A DNA stretch of 59,697 bases from a virus (IMGVR_UViG_3300034414_000011:1-59697); one strand, 5' to 3'; shown: positions 8,408-18,380, counted from the first letter of the stretch. Notes: generated by a model from the sequence alone, not told the origin. Translations and numbers: made by a program.

Positions 8408-8691
8408 TGATAAGTGAAATAATTGACCAAGTATTTCTACTCAGGGAACAGGGTTATTTTCCCGACACCATAGCCTTCGCTCCGTATGCGTGGCGCACTG
8501 TTGCCAAAGAAGAATCACTGAGGTCTGCTTGCCTGTTTACGCCCGGAGACAAGTTACTTGGTATGGGGACCAAGATCATTTTCGATCTGAATAGTGACTT
8601 TCTTGTCTACCAATCCCGCACAAAGACGGACCCGGAATGGCCGGACGCTTTTCTTAAACAACTTGCCTTCCGTAAAATGGTGAAGCGATGA
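8407..8691 (+). CDS. Hypothetical protein
   Basis: TAATG overlap with the terL stop. Confidence 0.55.
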   Translation: MISEIIDQVFLLREQGYFPDTIAFAPYAWRTVAKEESLRSACLFTPGDKLLGMGTKIIFDLNSDFLVYQSRTKTDPEWPDAFLKQLAFRKMVKR

Positions 8692-9167
8692 AGTTAACGC
8701 GGAGATGGGTCATACCGGAACGTATCGCCCTCGAATACCCCTCACAGTCAGAGGCATACCGTTTTCTTCGGGCTATTGGTGTCGATGTTAACAGTCCCCA
8801 CACCATACTCGACGAAAAGTCAACAATGACCCTGATAGTTTGCCAGGAGCAAGAGCGACAGCTTCCCCCCGACCAACCGAGCGAAATAGAAGCTGATATG
8901 CTCGAAGAACTGGTGGATGATAACGAGTTGTGGTTTTACACCCCGGAGATGGAAAGGTGCAAAACCGGTGACATTTGGCGTGTGGCTGAGCTCCCGATAA
9001 TCACAAGCTATGTGCCGAGAAGCCCTATGGATACGGTGAAGATGGAGTGCAAGAATCTCCGTGTCCAAAAATACGGTGCCACAGTCAATTACGAACGGGT
9101 CGAGATCCTTGCGGCTGTTGACCCCGATACTTTGGAGGTATACTGGTGCAGGGTCCAACCGCGTTGA
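8688..9167 (+). CDS. Hypothetical protein
   Basis: ATGA overlap; 159 aa. Confidence 0.6.
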   Translation: MKLTRRWVIPERIALEYPSQSEAYRFLRAIGVDVNSPHTILDEKSTMTLIVCQEQERQLPPDQPSEIEADMLEELVDDNELWFYTPEMERCKTGDIWRVAELPIITSYVPRSPMDTVKMECKNLRVQKYGATVNYERVEILAAVDPDTLEVYWCRVQPR

Positions 9168-9304
9168 GCAAAGACACAAAATCGCGTTTCCTTGACTTCT
9201 TGAAACAGATGGGCATTATAAGGGACAATTTCACAGGAAAAGTCACCTTCAACGTCAACAATGGCGCGGTTTGTGACATTGAGAAGCTGGAGAGACTGAA
9301 ATAG
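9164..9304 (+). CDS. Small DUF2292/YezD-like protein (46 aa)
   Basis: TTG start overlapping the previous stop; FTGKVTFNVNNGAVCDIEKLERLK resembles the YezD pattern. Confidence 0.5.
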   Translation: MSKDTKSRFLDFLKQMGIIRDNFTGKVTFNVNNGAVCDIEKLERLK

Positions 9305-9308
9305 GTTT

Positions 9309-9394
9309 GCCGCCATAGACCGTTAAAGAGGCGGGGCGGGCTGTAACCCCGCTGTCGAAAGACCCGCAAGGCGCAGTACCTTGGGGCGGCACCA
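9309..9394 (+). tRNA. tRNA-Tyr(GTA), atypical
   Basis: Acceptor GCCGCC/GGCGGC, anticodon arm GCGGG-CTGTAAC-CCCGC, long variable arm GTC-GAAA-GAC, ACCA end; T loop CGCAGTA is non-canonical. Confidence 0.75.
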
Positions 9395-9440
9395 ACAAAA
9401 TAAGCCGGTTAGACCATTCCCCTTCCAGGAGGGGCTAGAT

Positions 9441-9490
9441 GAAGCCCGGATTTCTAGTGTTAACACTCACTAGAGGTCCGGGCTTTTTGT
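9441..9490 (+). terminator. Long hairpin plus U-tract in the leader of the portal operon
   Basis: AAGCCCGGATTTCTAGTG...CACTAGAGGTCCGGGCTT-TTTGT with GTTAAC at the apex. Confidence 0.65.
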
Positions 9491-9506
9491 ATTTCAAGGA
9501 TTCCGC

Positions 9507-11588
9507 ATGATGCAGGCAATACCAACTCCAACGCCAGGTGTAAGTAATTTCGGACTTGTCAAGGTCAGGAATAATGACGCATTGGCGGCAGAAGGGCTTT
9601 CCAGGGTACAGCCTGCCTCGCCTCCGCCTATCATCTCTTCACTCTCCGGGTATGTGAGCCGGTGCTGGCAAAACGCCAAGACCGCCAAACAGCCGATTGA
9701 GCAACAGATGATGCAGAGTTTGCGTCAACGGTACGGGATTTATGAAGCTGACAAATTGGCGGCGATCAGGGAGATGGGTGGGTCAGAAATCTTTGCCCTC
9801 CTGACACTGACGAAGTGCCGGGCCGCAGAGTCGTGGATTCACGACACGCTCAGTCCGGCGCAGGAGAGACCGTGGGCAATCGTCCCGACCCCTGTTTCCG
9901 AACTGCCTCCCGATGTGGAGCAGGACATCCGGCAGAAGACCGAGGCAACCTTCCGGGATGTGGTGGATCAGATTAACGCCATGCAAGGGTTTATTGATGT
10001 TAACGCGCTTCGTGGCGAGATCGAAACCTACCTCAAGGGCATGACCGATGAGACCATGCGCGAGCTACAGGAAGAAGCCGAGCTTCGCATGGAACGCATG
10101 TCCAACAAGATTGACGACCAGCTTACCGAGGGCGGTTGGCATGATGCCTTTCAAGAGTTCGTCTTCGATGTAGTGACTCTCAAGGCCGGGATACTGAAAG
10201 GCCCGGTAGTCAGGCGCAAGAAGGTCCAGAAGTGGGTACAGGGGTCGAAGTTCTGGAGCATGGGCACCGCTGATGAGTTTGTGCTGGAGTTCGACCGGGT
10301 TTCCCCCTTCGATATTTACCCGCAACCAGGCTCCCGGAGTGTCGATGACGGATATATCATCGAGCGCCACATGCTCAACAGGTCGGATCTTGTCGCTATG
10401 TTGGGTGTGCCAGGCTACTCCGAAGAGGCGATACGGACGGTCCTCGATGACTACGAGAACGGCAAGATCACCGAGTTTCTGCCGATAGACTCCGAACGCT
10501 ACTACATGGAGCATGGCGAAACCACCACGATCTACCAGACCGGCAAGATCGAGGCTCTTGAGTTTTGGGGAAGCGTCCAGGGCAGGCTCCTGATTGAGTG
10601 GGGCTTGACCGATGGTATTGACCCTCAACTTGAGTACGAAGTTAACGTGTGGCAAGTGGGCTCCCATGTTATCCGGGCGATCATCAACCCTGACAAGCTC
10701 GGTCGCAAGCCCTACAGCGTGACCTCATTCGAGAAGATACCCGGCTGTTTTTGGGGTATGGGCATACCGGAATTAATGTCCGACTCCCAGGACGCATGCA
10801 ACGCCGTAGCCCGCGCAATCGTGAACAATGCCGGTATCGCTTCCGGTCCCTTGGTCGAAATGAACATGGACCGTTGCGACGACAATACAAAGCTCTGGCC
10901 TTGGCGCGTATTTCAATCGACCAATCAGCAAATGCAGGAGGCTCCGGCTGTCAGGTTCTACCAGCCGACCATCGTTACCGGCCCGCTGATGGAGGTCTTT
11001 GAATACTTCGCCCGTATGGCAGACGAGCAAACAGGGGTTCCCCGCTGGAGCCATGGCAACACGAATATCGGCGGAGCCGGGGACACATCGTCCGGCCTTT
11101 CCATGCTGATGACGTATGCCGCTCGCGGGATCAAAAAGGTCATTTCCCATCTTGACGTTGCGGTGTCTGGCGTAATCACCAGAACCTACGACTACAACAT
11201 GATTTATGACCGCGATCAAAGCATCAAGGGTGACGCCAAGGTTGTTGCTCGCGGGGCAAGCGCCCTGGTGGCAAGGGAACAGAAGATGCTCCGTGTCAAC
11301 GAGTTCCTCCGGACTACCAACAACCCGGTTGATTATCAGATCATGGGACCGGACTTCCGGGCGAAGCTACTCAGGACTGCGGCCAAGAATCTTGAGATTG
11401 ACGACTATGAGGATATTGGTGGCAACGAGCTTATCAAGATCCTGGAGCAAGTCAGGGCACAGACGGCACAACTCGGATGGCAAGGTGTTACCCCGCAAGA
11501 GAAGGGGCAAAAGACTGATTCTGCCGGTAATCCTGCCGGTGGCACAGACCATAACGCCTTCCAGAACCAGCCAGGGGTAAGAACGTGA
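9507..11588 (+). CDS. Portal protein (podovirus type)
   Basis: 693 aa following terL; PFDIYP, GCFWGMGIPELM.D.Q..CN, ADEQTG, GDTSSGLSML portal motifs. Confidence 0.88.
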   Translation: MMQAIPTPTPGVSNFGLVKVRNNDALAAEGLSRVQPASPPPIISSLSGYVSRCWQNAKTAKQPIEQQMMQSLRQRYGIYEADKLAAIREMGGSEIFALLTLTKCRAAESWIHDTLSPAQERPWAIVPTPVSELPPDVEQDIRQKTEATFRDVVDQINAMQGFIDVNALRGEIETYLKGMTDETMRELQEEAELRMERMSNKIDDQLTEGGWHDAFQEFVFDVVTLKAGILKGPVVRRKKVQKWVQGSKFWSMGTADEFVLEFDRVSPFDIYPQPGSRSVDDGYIIERHMLNRSDLVAMLGVPGYSEEAIRTVLDDYENGKITEFLPIDSERYYMEHGETTTIYQTGKIEALEFWGSVQGRLLIEWGLTDGIDPQLEYEVNVWQVGSHVIRAIINPDKLGRKPYSVTSFEKIPGCFWGMGIPELMSDSQDACNAVARAIVNNAGIASGPLVEMNMDRCDDNTKLWPWRVFQSTNQQMQEAPAVRFYQPTIVTGPLMEVFEYFARMADEQTGVPRWSHGNTNIGGAGDTSSGLSMLMTYAARGIKKVISHLDVAVSGVITRTYDYNMIYDRDQSIKGDAKVVARGASALVAREQKMLRVNEFLRTTNNPVDYQIMGPDFRAKLLRTAAKNLEIDDYEDIGGNELIKILEQVRAQTAQLGWQGVTPQEKGQKTDSAGNPAGGTDHNAFQNQPGVRT

Positions 11589-11848
11589 CAGAGCAGGACA
11601 AAGAGTACCAGAAGGAGCTTAATGCTCTACACGAATTGGAAGGTTCGTACTTTCGCGGATACCTGGACAAGTTGCTTGCGGAGACCGATAAATCTCTTCG
11701 GATGTGCCGCAACGATGCTGACATGCACAGGCTCCAGGGAACCTCACAGTTTATCTACGAACTGTGCGGAAAGATCGACGGGGCTTTCGAGGAAATGACA
11801 AGGCTCAGACTGAAGACCACCAAGCCCGATATGAGCAAGGCTTTTTAA
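11585..11848 (+). CDS. Small post-portal protein
   Basis: GTGA overlap; HRLQG motif typical of the gene following podovirus portals. Confidence 0.6.
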   Translation: MTEQDKEYQKELNALHELEGSYFRGYLDKLLAETDKSLRMCRNDADMHRLQGTSQFIYELCGKIDGAFEEMTRLRLKTTKPDMSKAF

Positions 11849-11967
11849 CGCCTTGCCACTCAATAAAGTTGAAGTTTATGCACAATGAAATTGACCGGAA
11901 TCCCTGACAACAGGCTCCGGCGTTTATACGGAATCCCGCGAATAGCGGCTCCAACTAGAGGTAACAA

Positions 11968-12930
11968 ATGAAGAAAGAAGGATTTATGGACCCCGTAGCA
12001 AGGGCCGAAGCTGAAATCGCCGCAATGATGGGAAAGAGTGCAACGCCCGCAGACCCTACCCCGGCAGACGGTGGGAACCCCGGTATCGACCCGGCTCCCG
12101 CGAATCCCGATCCGACCGGAGGAAATGCGGACCCGATGCCTGCCGATCCTGCGCCGAACCCCACTGACCCACCGAAAACCGAGACCCCGGAATACTGGCG
12201 TCAACGCTTCGAGGTGATGCAGGGGAAGTACAACGCCGAGGTTCCGCGTCTTGTCGAGCAAGTTAACGCGCTCATGCAACAGGTACAGGAGTCAGCGCAG
12301 GCCGGGAAGAAGGAAGATCCCCCTGCTAAAAACCCTGCATCAGTTGAAGAGGCGCTTGCTGGACTCTACGAAACATACGGGTCCGACCTGACCGATGCTC
12401 TTGACCGACTTGTTCAGGCGAGAGTTCAGAAGGTCGAGGAAAAGGTCTCCAAGGTGGAGACAGCCACCGCTCAAACGGCAAAGGAAAAGTTCTATGGGCA
12501 CCTTGATAGGGTTGCCCCGGACTGGAGAGTATTGAACACCGATCCAGGTTTCTTCGCTTTCCTTGCCACCCCGGAAGAGTTCACCGGGATTCCGTTTCAA
12601 GCCCTGCTTGCCAGTGCGTTTGAATCCGGTGACGCGGAGAGAACAGCCAAGATTTTCAACACCTATTCAAAAACAATTAACCCGACCTCAACTCCTGAGA
12701 CTCCAAAGGAAGTCCAGCCGACACCTGATGCCCTCGCAACGCCCGCAAAAAGAGGCGGCGGCGATCCTGGGCCTGCCCCGCAAGGCGGCAAGAAAACCTA
12801 TACGATGGCGGAAGTTAACGCCTTCTACAAGGATCTTGAGCTTGGCAGGTACAACGGGAAGGAACAGGAAGCGGCAAGGATCGAAAACGACATCCTTATA
12901 GCAAACCAGGAGGGGAGGATTCGCGGGTAA
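11968..12930 (+). CDS. Capsid scaffolding protein
   Basis: Pro/Asp-rich N-terminus, coiled coil QGKYNAEVPRL, C-terminal A..EGRI; directly upstream of the capsid gene. Confidence 0.75.
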   Translation: MKKEGFMDPVARAEAEIAAMMGKSATPADPTPADGGNPGIDPAPANPDPTGGNADPMPADPAPNPTDPPKTETPEYWRQRFEVMQGKYNAEVPRLVEQVNALMQQVQESAQAGKKEDPPAKNPASVEEALAGLYETYGSDLTDALDRLVQARVQKVEEKVSKVETATAQTAKEKFYGHLDRVAPDWRVLNTDPGFFAFLATPEEFTGIPFQALLASAFESGDAERTAKIFNTYSKTINPTSTPETPKEVQPTPDALATPAKRGGGDPGPAPQGGKKTYTMAEVNAFYKDLELGRYNGKEQEAARIENDILIANQEGRIRG

Positions 12931-12949
12931 TCTTTAAGGAGATACCAAT

Positions 12950-13888
12950 ATGGTAGGAAGAGTTCCTGGGTACCCTGATCTCGGTTCGCAAGGTCAGAGT
13001 CAGTACACCCCCCAAATTTATGCGAAGAAGCTCCTGATTAAGTTCTATTCGGCAACCGTCTTTGGCGAGATTGCCAACAGGGACTATGAGGGCGAGATCA
13101 GCAAGGTCGGTGATAAGGTTATCATCCGCACCCGTCCGACCGTGGTTGTCGATGATTATGTCAAGGGCATGGACCTTGACACGATCCGTCAGACTCCCGA
13201 ATCCGATACCGTTGAACTGCTTATCGACAAGGCCAAGGTCTACTCGGTACAGATTGACGACATCGACCGGCTCCAGAACGACATCCAGGCGCTTGAAGAG
13301 TGGTCTGCCGATGGCGGCGAACAGCTCGCCCTCTCCATCGACCGGTCCATCCTGGGATCGTTCTACGCCGACGCGGATACGCTGAATACCGGTTTGACCG
13401 CTGGTAAGGTTTCCGGTTCCTACAACATGGGCGTTACTGGCACTCCGGTTGCCCTGACCAAGAGCAACATCCTTGACTACATCGTTTACTGCGATGCGGT
13501 CCTGTCCGAGCAGGACGTTCCGAAAACCGGTCGCTGGATGGTGCTTCCTGAGTGGGCGCTGGCTCAGATCAACACCTCTGACCTCCGCTCGGCACTCTTT
13601 ACCGGAGACCAGAGCAACCAGAACCTCCGTAATGGCAAGATCGGGCAAATCTCGAACTTCACCATCTACGGTTCCAACAACCTGACCGGTGTGACTGACG
13701 GTGCTGATACCTGCTGGAATATCCCGTTCGGCCATAAGTGCGCCCTGACTTTCGCCAGTCAGCTCGTCAAAAACCGGACCCTGGAACTCCAGAAGACATT
13801 TGCGACCGTCCAGGAAGGTCTCCAGGTCTACGGTTGGGAAGTTGTCAAGCCCGAAGCTCTTGGTGTTCTTTACGCCAAGAAGGGCTAA
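12950..13888 (+). CDS. Major capsid protein
   Basis: PQIYAKKL, NRDYEGEI..GDKVII, LLIDKAK, GLQVYG..VVKPEAL motifs. Confidence 0.88.
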   Translation: MVGRVPGYPDLGSQGQSQYTPQIYAKKLLIKFYSATVFGEIANRDYEGEISKVGDKVIIRTRPTVVVDDYVKGMDLDTIRQTPESDTVELLIDKAKVYSVQIDDIDRLQNDIQALEEWSADGGEQLALSIDRSILGSFYADADTLNTGLTAGKVSGSYNMGVTGTPVALTKSNILDYIVYCDAVLSEQDVPKTGRWMVLPEWALAQINTSDLRSALFTGDQSNQNLRNGKIGQISNFTIYGSNNLTGVTDGADTCWNIPFGHKCALTFASQLVKNRTLELQKTFATVQEGLQVYGWEVVKPEALGVLYAKKG

Positions 13889-13909
13889 ACAACTTGAATG
13901 TTAACATCA

Positions 13910-13946
13910 TCCCCCTTGCTTGAAATACAGCAAGGGGCTCTTCTTG
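13910..13946 (+). terminator. Terminator-like hairpin after the capsid gene
   Basis: CCCCTTGCT...AGCAAGGGG followed by CTCTTCTT. Confidence 0.5.
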
Positions 13947-13961
13947 TAAGGAGATAGTGAA

Positions 13962-14414
13962 ATGGCAACTTTGCCTTCAACTACAACCGCTCTTGGGAGC
14001 GAAGCCCTCGTTAAGAAAGTGCAGGGCAAGGCTCCTTTCGTGGTCGAGCAGGAGTTCGATCTTGACGCCCTTCTGGACGCGGTTATCGCCAACGCCGATG
14101 TTATCAACCTACTCCAGATTCCGGCCAACCATGTGATCCTCGCCGCCGCTCTCCAGGTAAAGACCCCTGGGACCAAGGACGCGACGACCTTCACCCTTCA
14201 GCCTCGCTTCGCCACATCTGCGATTGGTGCGGCCCTTGATGCTACCACTGACGAGGGGATTACCGTTGGTGGCGCTACTACCTACGCCCTTCCCATCACC
14301 GTTGGAACCAGTGCCGCATATCTTAACTTGGTGGCGGTTGTGTCAGGTGGCAACGCTGTGGCAACGAAAAATCCCAAAGTCAGAGTCCAGCTTGTCCTGG
14401 TAGACATGGGTTAA
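13962..14414 (+). CDS. Probable capsid decoration/virion protein
   Basis: Beta-rich 150 aa after the capsid gene; AAGGAG RBS. Confidence 0.6.
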   Translation: MATLPSTTTALGSEALVKKVQGKAPFVVEQEFDLDALLDAVIANADVINLLQIPANHVILAAALQVKTPGTKDATTFTLQPRFATSAIGAALDATTDEGITVGGATTYALPITVGTSAAYLNLVAVVSGGNAVATKNPKVRVQLVLVDMG

Positions 14415-14464
14415 CTTGGATGGCCCGGTTAGCTCCGGGCCTTTCTCTTAAAGGAGATAAAGCA

Positions 14465-14791
14465 ATGGGAATGTTTGTAAACCTCGATGTTGATACCTTT
14501 GAGGCAGAGGTGGCAGAGGTGAGGGACACCTTGAATGTCGGCGGCCTGGTGACGCTTTCCGAGGGGGCAAGGGTAGACGCGACGGCAGTAGGTGGCGTCA
14601 AGGTTCTGATTAAAGATGGAGACGGTAACGCTCTGCTTGCCACCGGCACAGGTGTTCCAGCCGACACTGGCGCGGGTTACGCCAAAGGCTGTCTGTTCAT
14701 CGACACTGATGTTGCTACCGGAACAAGCGGTCTTTACGTCAACGTAGGCACAACTGCATCCTGCGTATTCAAATTGGTCACTAACGCCTAA
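14465..14791 (+). CDS. Virion protein (head fibre-like)
   Basis: AAGGAG RBS; G.P....GYAKGCLFIDT...GLYVN.GT motif seen in fibre proteins. Confidence 0.55.
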   Translation: MGMFVNLDVDTFEAEVAEVRDTLNVGGLVTLSEGARVDATAVGGVKVLIKDGDGNALLATGTGVPADTGAGYAKGCLFIDTDVATGTSGLYVNVGTTASCVFKLVTNA

Positions 14792-14810
14792 TTGGGAGGT
14801 TATTAAAACA

Positions 14811-15122
14811 ATGAGGGAAAACCCGAAATTTCTCAGACAGACCACAACCGGCAGAATCTATGCCTACTCTCCGGGGATCGCCGGACGCAGGGATATGGTG
14901 CCGGTTGTCGAAACGGTCCCACCGGTCATCCCCGACGTCAAACAGGAAAGTGGGCCGGCCGATTTGACGCCGAAGGTGGAAGCTACTGTGCCGCCTGCCA
15001 AGATCGAGACGCCAAAGGTAGCCGAAACACCGACTGCCGCAGTACCGGAAGCTCCGAAGGTTGATCCACCGAAGGCGTATAGCGCCGCAAGCGCAAAGAA
15101 AACAGCCGCAAAGAAAGGCTAA
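14811..15122 (+). CDS. Hypothetical Pro/Ala/Lys-rich protein
   Basis: GGAGG RBS; structural operon context. Confidence 0.6.
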   Translation: MRENPKFLRQTTTGRIYAYSPGIAGRRDMVPVVETVPPVIPDVKQESGPADLTPKVEATVPPAKIETPKVAETPTAAVPEAPKVDPPKAYSAASAKKTAAKKG

Positions 15123-15125
15123 TAC

Positions 15126-15809
15126 ATGACCGTCGAAGAGATCCTTACAATCTGTCGCGGCCTGCTCGATGATGCCAAAGGGGCCGGAAAGCCCCTTTGG
15201 TCCGACGCAGAACTGGTTGAGTACGCCAATAACGCGGAGACACGGATTGCGGAAGAGTGCCTGGTGCTCAAGGACTCCGACACGGCAACCGATGGGACTG
15301 ATCCTGTCTGCGTCATCCCGCTCGCAACTCCTTTTACAAATACTATCGCGTTACACCCAAGCATTGTGAAGGTGTACGAGGTTGGTTACGGTGCAAACCG
15401 AACGCCACTCACGTTAACTTCCCGCGCACACCTGGACAATATTCGGCCAGGGTGGCGGTTAAAAACCGGCACTCCCCAATTCTATATCAATGACGCTACT
15501 ACCGGACAGATCGTCCTGGACAAGATTCCGACTGCGACTTCGAGCCTGTATCTCTCGGTAGCCCGTTTGCCGCTTGTGGAAATGGATAAGTCCAACATGA
15601 AGGCGTCACCTTCCATCCCGGCCAAGTACCACCGCAAACTCATTAACGGGATTATCGGCAGGGCATATCTCAAGCAGGATGCGGAAACACTGAATCTTAC
15701 CAAGGCTACCACGTTCAACCAGCAATTCGACGGTGACGTTGAGCAGATCAAGCGCGATGTGCTCCGGTACGGCAGGGGTGAGTTAACGTGCTTGCGGAGA
15801 CATTACTGA
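15126..15809 (+). CDS. Head-tail adaptor protein
   Basis: LWSDAELVEYAN.A, GTPQFY, IPAKYH..L...RAYLKQDAET motifs. Confidence 0.7.
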   Translation: MTVEEILTICRGLLDDAKGAGKPLWSDAELVEYANNAETRIAEECLVLKDSDTATDGTDPVCVIPLATPFTNTIALHPSIVKVYEVGYGANRTPLTLTSRAHLDNIRPGWRLKTGTPQFYINDATTGQIVLDKIPTATSSLYLSVARLPLVEMDKSNMKASPSIPAKYHRKLINGIIGRAYLKQDAETLNLTKATTFNQQFDGDVEQIKRDVLRYGRGELTCLRRHY

Positions 15810-17203
15810 TGGGTAGCGTCACCTACAAGACAATCGGGCGGAACCATATAGATGACCCTCTCGATGTGGGGGCTCAAGTTCCCAAGATCCGCAAGTTGAT
15901 CTTTACCGAGATGGTGGAGCTGGTGAACGCCGATCCCGATGATAATGGCGGGTGCTCGCTCCGTCCGGGCTTTGTCAAGCGGTACTCCGGTGATGTCAAC
16001 TCCATGTTTGCGAACGATGACATATTTCTGTTCCAGGAAGGCACGACCTTGAAGCGCCTCAATCCTGCGGATTTCTCGTCCACGTTTTTGAACATTGCCA
16101 TTGACGATGCGGCGGATGTGGCTTTCTGCGACGTTAACGGGCTTGTGGTCTATTCGGATGGCACCACCGTCAGGAAGGTATCAAACGGGATCGACTACGC
16201 GCTAACGGTCAGCACAGAAGAGTTCAAGGAAGCGACTCCAGCCGGTACCGTCATGGCGGTGTTTTATCGCAAGCTCCTTGTTGGTAGCGGAGGGGTACTC
16301 CATGTGACCGACCCCGATACCGTGGACTGGATGGATTCTAGGTTGTGCCGCTTCAAGATGGGAAACGAGATCACGATGATCGCTCCGGTTGATGACGGGG
16401 TGTATGTCTCGACCGAGGAAAAGATTTTTTTCCTGGCCGGTAGTGACCAGTACGAATGGAGTCAGCCGCGCAATGTCAGGAAGGTTGCCGATCACCCCGC
16501 GATCAAGGATACAGCGGTGCGGATGAAGTCTGAAAAGACCGGTCTGGATAAGGTAGATGGAAACCTTGTCATGTTCGCAACGGAGATGGGCTACTGCTAC
16601 GGACTGAATGGCGGGATGCTTCTTAATGCCACACAGGACAAAGTTCGGCCCGGACCTTTTGCTTCCGGTACTGCGGTACTCAGGGAGAACAGCGGGAGCC
16701 GACATTACCTTGCGGTTTTGCGTACCGGTGACACCTACCACGGTGAGGTGGTCAACACCAAGACCCAGGGAGCGGCAGAGTACCGAGGCTACAACTTCAA
16801 GTCCATTAGGTGTTACCAGGGCAGATATTTCGGGTGTAATTCCGATGGCATTTTCGAGTTAACAGGGTTAACAGACGATGGCGCAGACATACAGGCGAGT
16901 GGTCTCAGCGGTGTTTCTGACTGCGGAACTGACGCCACCAAGGGCTTTCCTGACGCATACCTTACGGTCAGGTGTGATGGAGAGCTTGAGTTTTCCCTTT
17001 CGGTTGATGAGGAAGAAGCGGTGTCCTATCCGGTAATGGAAGAGGACGACCGCGAAGGTGTCCACAAGAGACGTTGCAAGCTGGCGAAAGGTGAACGTGG
17101 CGGGCATGTCCAGATTGGTTGGAGCAATGTCGAGGGGTCCGATTTCTACCTTGGGCAAATAGAGCTGATGGTACAGCCTTCGGCAGAGAGAAAGGTGAGG
17201 TAA
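15809..17203 (+). CDS. Tail nozzle / DNA stabilisation protein
   Basis: LRPGF near the N-terminus, beta-propeller-like composition, position after the adaptor. Confidence 0.6.
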   Translation: MGSVTYKTIGRNHIDDPLDVGAQVPKIRKLIFTEMVELVNADPDDNGGCSLRPGFVKRYSGDVNSMFANDDIFLFQEGTTLKRLNPADFSSTFLNIAIDDAADVAFCDVNGLVVYSDGTTVRKVSNGIDYALTVSTEEFKEATPAGTVMAVFYRKLLVGSGGVLHVTDPDTVDWMDSRLCRFKMGNEITMIAPVDDGVYVSTEEKIFFLAGSDQYEWSQPRNVRKVADHPAIKDTAVRMKSEKTGLDKVDGNLVMFATEMGYCYGLNGGMLLNATQDKVRPGPFASGTAVLRENSGSRHYLAVLRTGDTYHGEVVNTKTQGAAEYRGYNFKSIRCYQGRYFGCNSDGIFELTGLTDDGADIQASGLSGVSDCGTDATKGFPDAYLTVRCDGELEFSLSVDEEEAVSYPVMEEDDREGVHKRRCKLAKGERGGHVQIGWSNVEGSDFYLGQIELMVQPSAERKVR

Positions 17204-17204
17204 C

Positions 17205-18380
17205 ATGGCTGATATAGATAGCTTTACCACATACGTTCAAGGCCAGCTTACCGATGTCATAGCGGCGGCAGAAGCGGCGGCTGGTGATCTTGAAGCTGTT
17301 GCCGAGGGCTATGTTGACTTCTTCACCTTCAATCCTCCCCCGGACTATGACGACACTACACAGATGGTCAACTTCGCCCCTGCCAGTGTCACCATGGATG
17401 CCGTTGCCCCGTTTTCCGCTCCTGCCGCTCCGACCTTCCCGGTGATAGCCGCTCCGACCGTGACCCCGATTGACCCGGTGGACTTCACCGAAGCAAACGC
17501 GGCGCTTGCCGGTCTCGATCTTACATCCTTCGACCCTGCCACCATTGACGGTGAGATAGCCGGTCTTGCGGCAAAGGTACTGGCGTTTATCGACTCCGGT
17601 GGGCCTGGGATCAGCGATGCAGTACAGACGGCGCTAATGGACAACATGAGAGAGCGGGATCTGCAAATACTGGATGACGCCCTTCTCCGGGTGAGATCGT
17701 CCGACGCCTTGAGTGGATTCCCTTTTCCAACGTCGATTACCCAGGCGGCGCAGAACGAGATCACCAAGAAGTACCAGGATGATTACTCAAACCGCAACCG
17801 CGAGATCCTGGCACTCATGACCGAGCGGGCTCACCAGACGGCCATGAATGGTCTCAATGCTGGTGTCCAGTTAACGCAGATAAAATCCGGGCTGATTACC
17901 GATGTCTGGAAACTTCACTACTCATTGCAGGGCTTGATCCTCGAAGAGTTCAAGGCTCTGCTTGGCGCGGAGCAGACGAGAGTTGAGACCGAACTTCGGA
18001 AGATCCTGGCTGACTACGAGGTTTACAAGACCCGCATGATGACGGAGTACAACGTCAAGCTGGAAGAGTTCAAGGTTCTCGCGTCTGGTGAGGAAGTCAG
18101 GGTGAGGGCCGAAACGGCTCTTGCTACAGCCAAGGCCGAAGTTGCCGTGAAGGCGAACGATCATCTCTTGCGGGCGGCGGTGGCAGAAGTCCAGGCACAG
18201 ATAGAGAAATGGGTCAAGACCGCCGACATCCTTACGGAGCGGGGCAAGGCCAATATCCAGCAACTTGTCAGCAATAATCAGATCAGGGTCCACGGTGCGG
18301 GTCAACAGGCTCAACTCTACTCTGGAGTGGTCAACGCCTGTGCTCAGATGGTTAATACTGTCCAGGTGAAGAAGACATAA
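17205..18380 (+). CDS. Virion structural protein (helical, coiled coil)
   Basis: 391 aa in the structural operon. Confidence 0.55.
   Translation: MADIDSFTTYVQGQLTDVIAAAEAAAGDLEAVAEGYVDFFTFNPPPDYDDTTQMVNFAPASVTMDAVAPFSAPAAPTFPVIAAPTVTPIDPVDFTEANAALAGLDLTSFDPATIDGEIAGLAAKVLAFIDSGGPGISDAVQTALMDNMRERDLQILDDALLRVRSSDALSGFPFPTSITQAAQNEITKKYQDDYSNRNREILALMTERAHQTAMNGLNAGVQLTQIKSGLITDVWKLHYSLQGLILEEFKALLGAEQTRVETELRKILADYEVYKTRMMTEYNVKLEEFKVLASGEEVRVRAETALATAKAEVAVKANDHLLRAAVAEVQAQIEKWVKTADILTERGKANIQQLVSNNQIRVHGAGQQAQLYSGVVNACAQMVNTVQVKKT

Noticed and set aside
12896-13735. 279-aa antisense ORF over the capsid gene, and similar long antisense ORFs (e.g. 35030-35842, 36342-37121, 48120-48839)
   Set aside because: Shadow ORFs expected from codon bias; no recognisable motifs, unlike the HNH at 29340-29729
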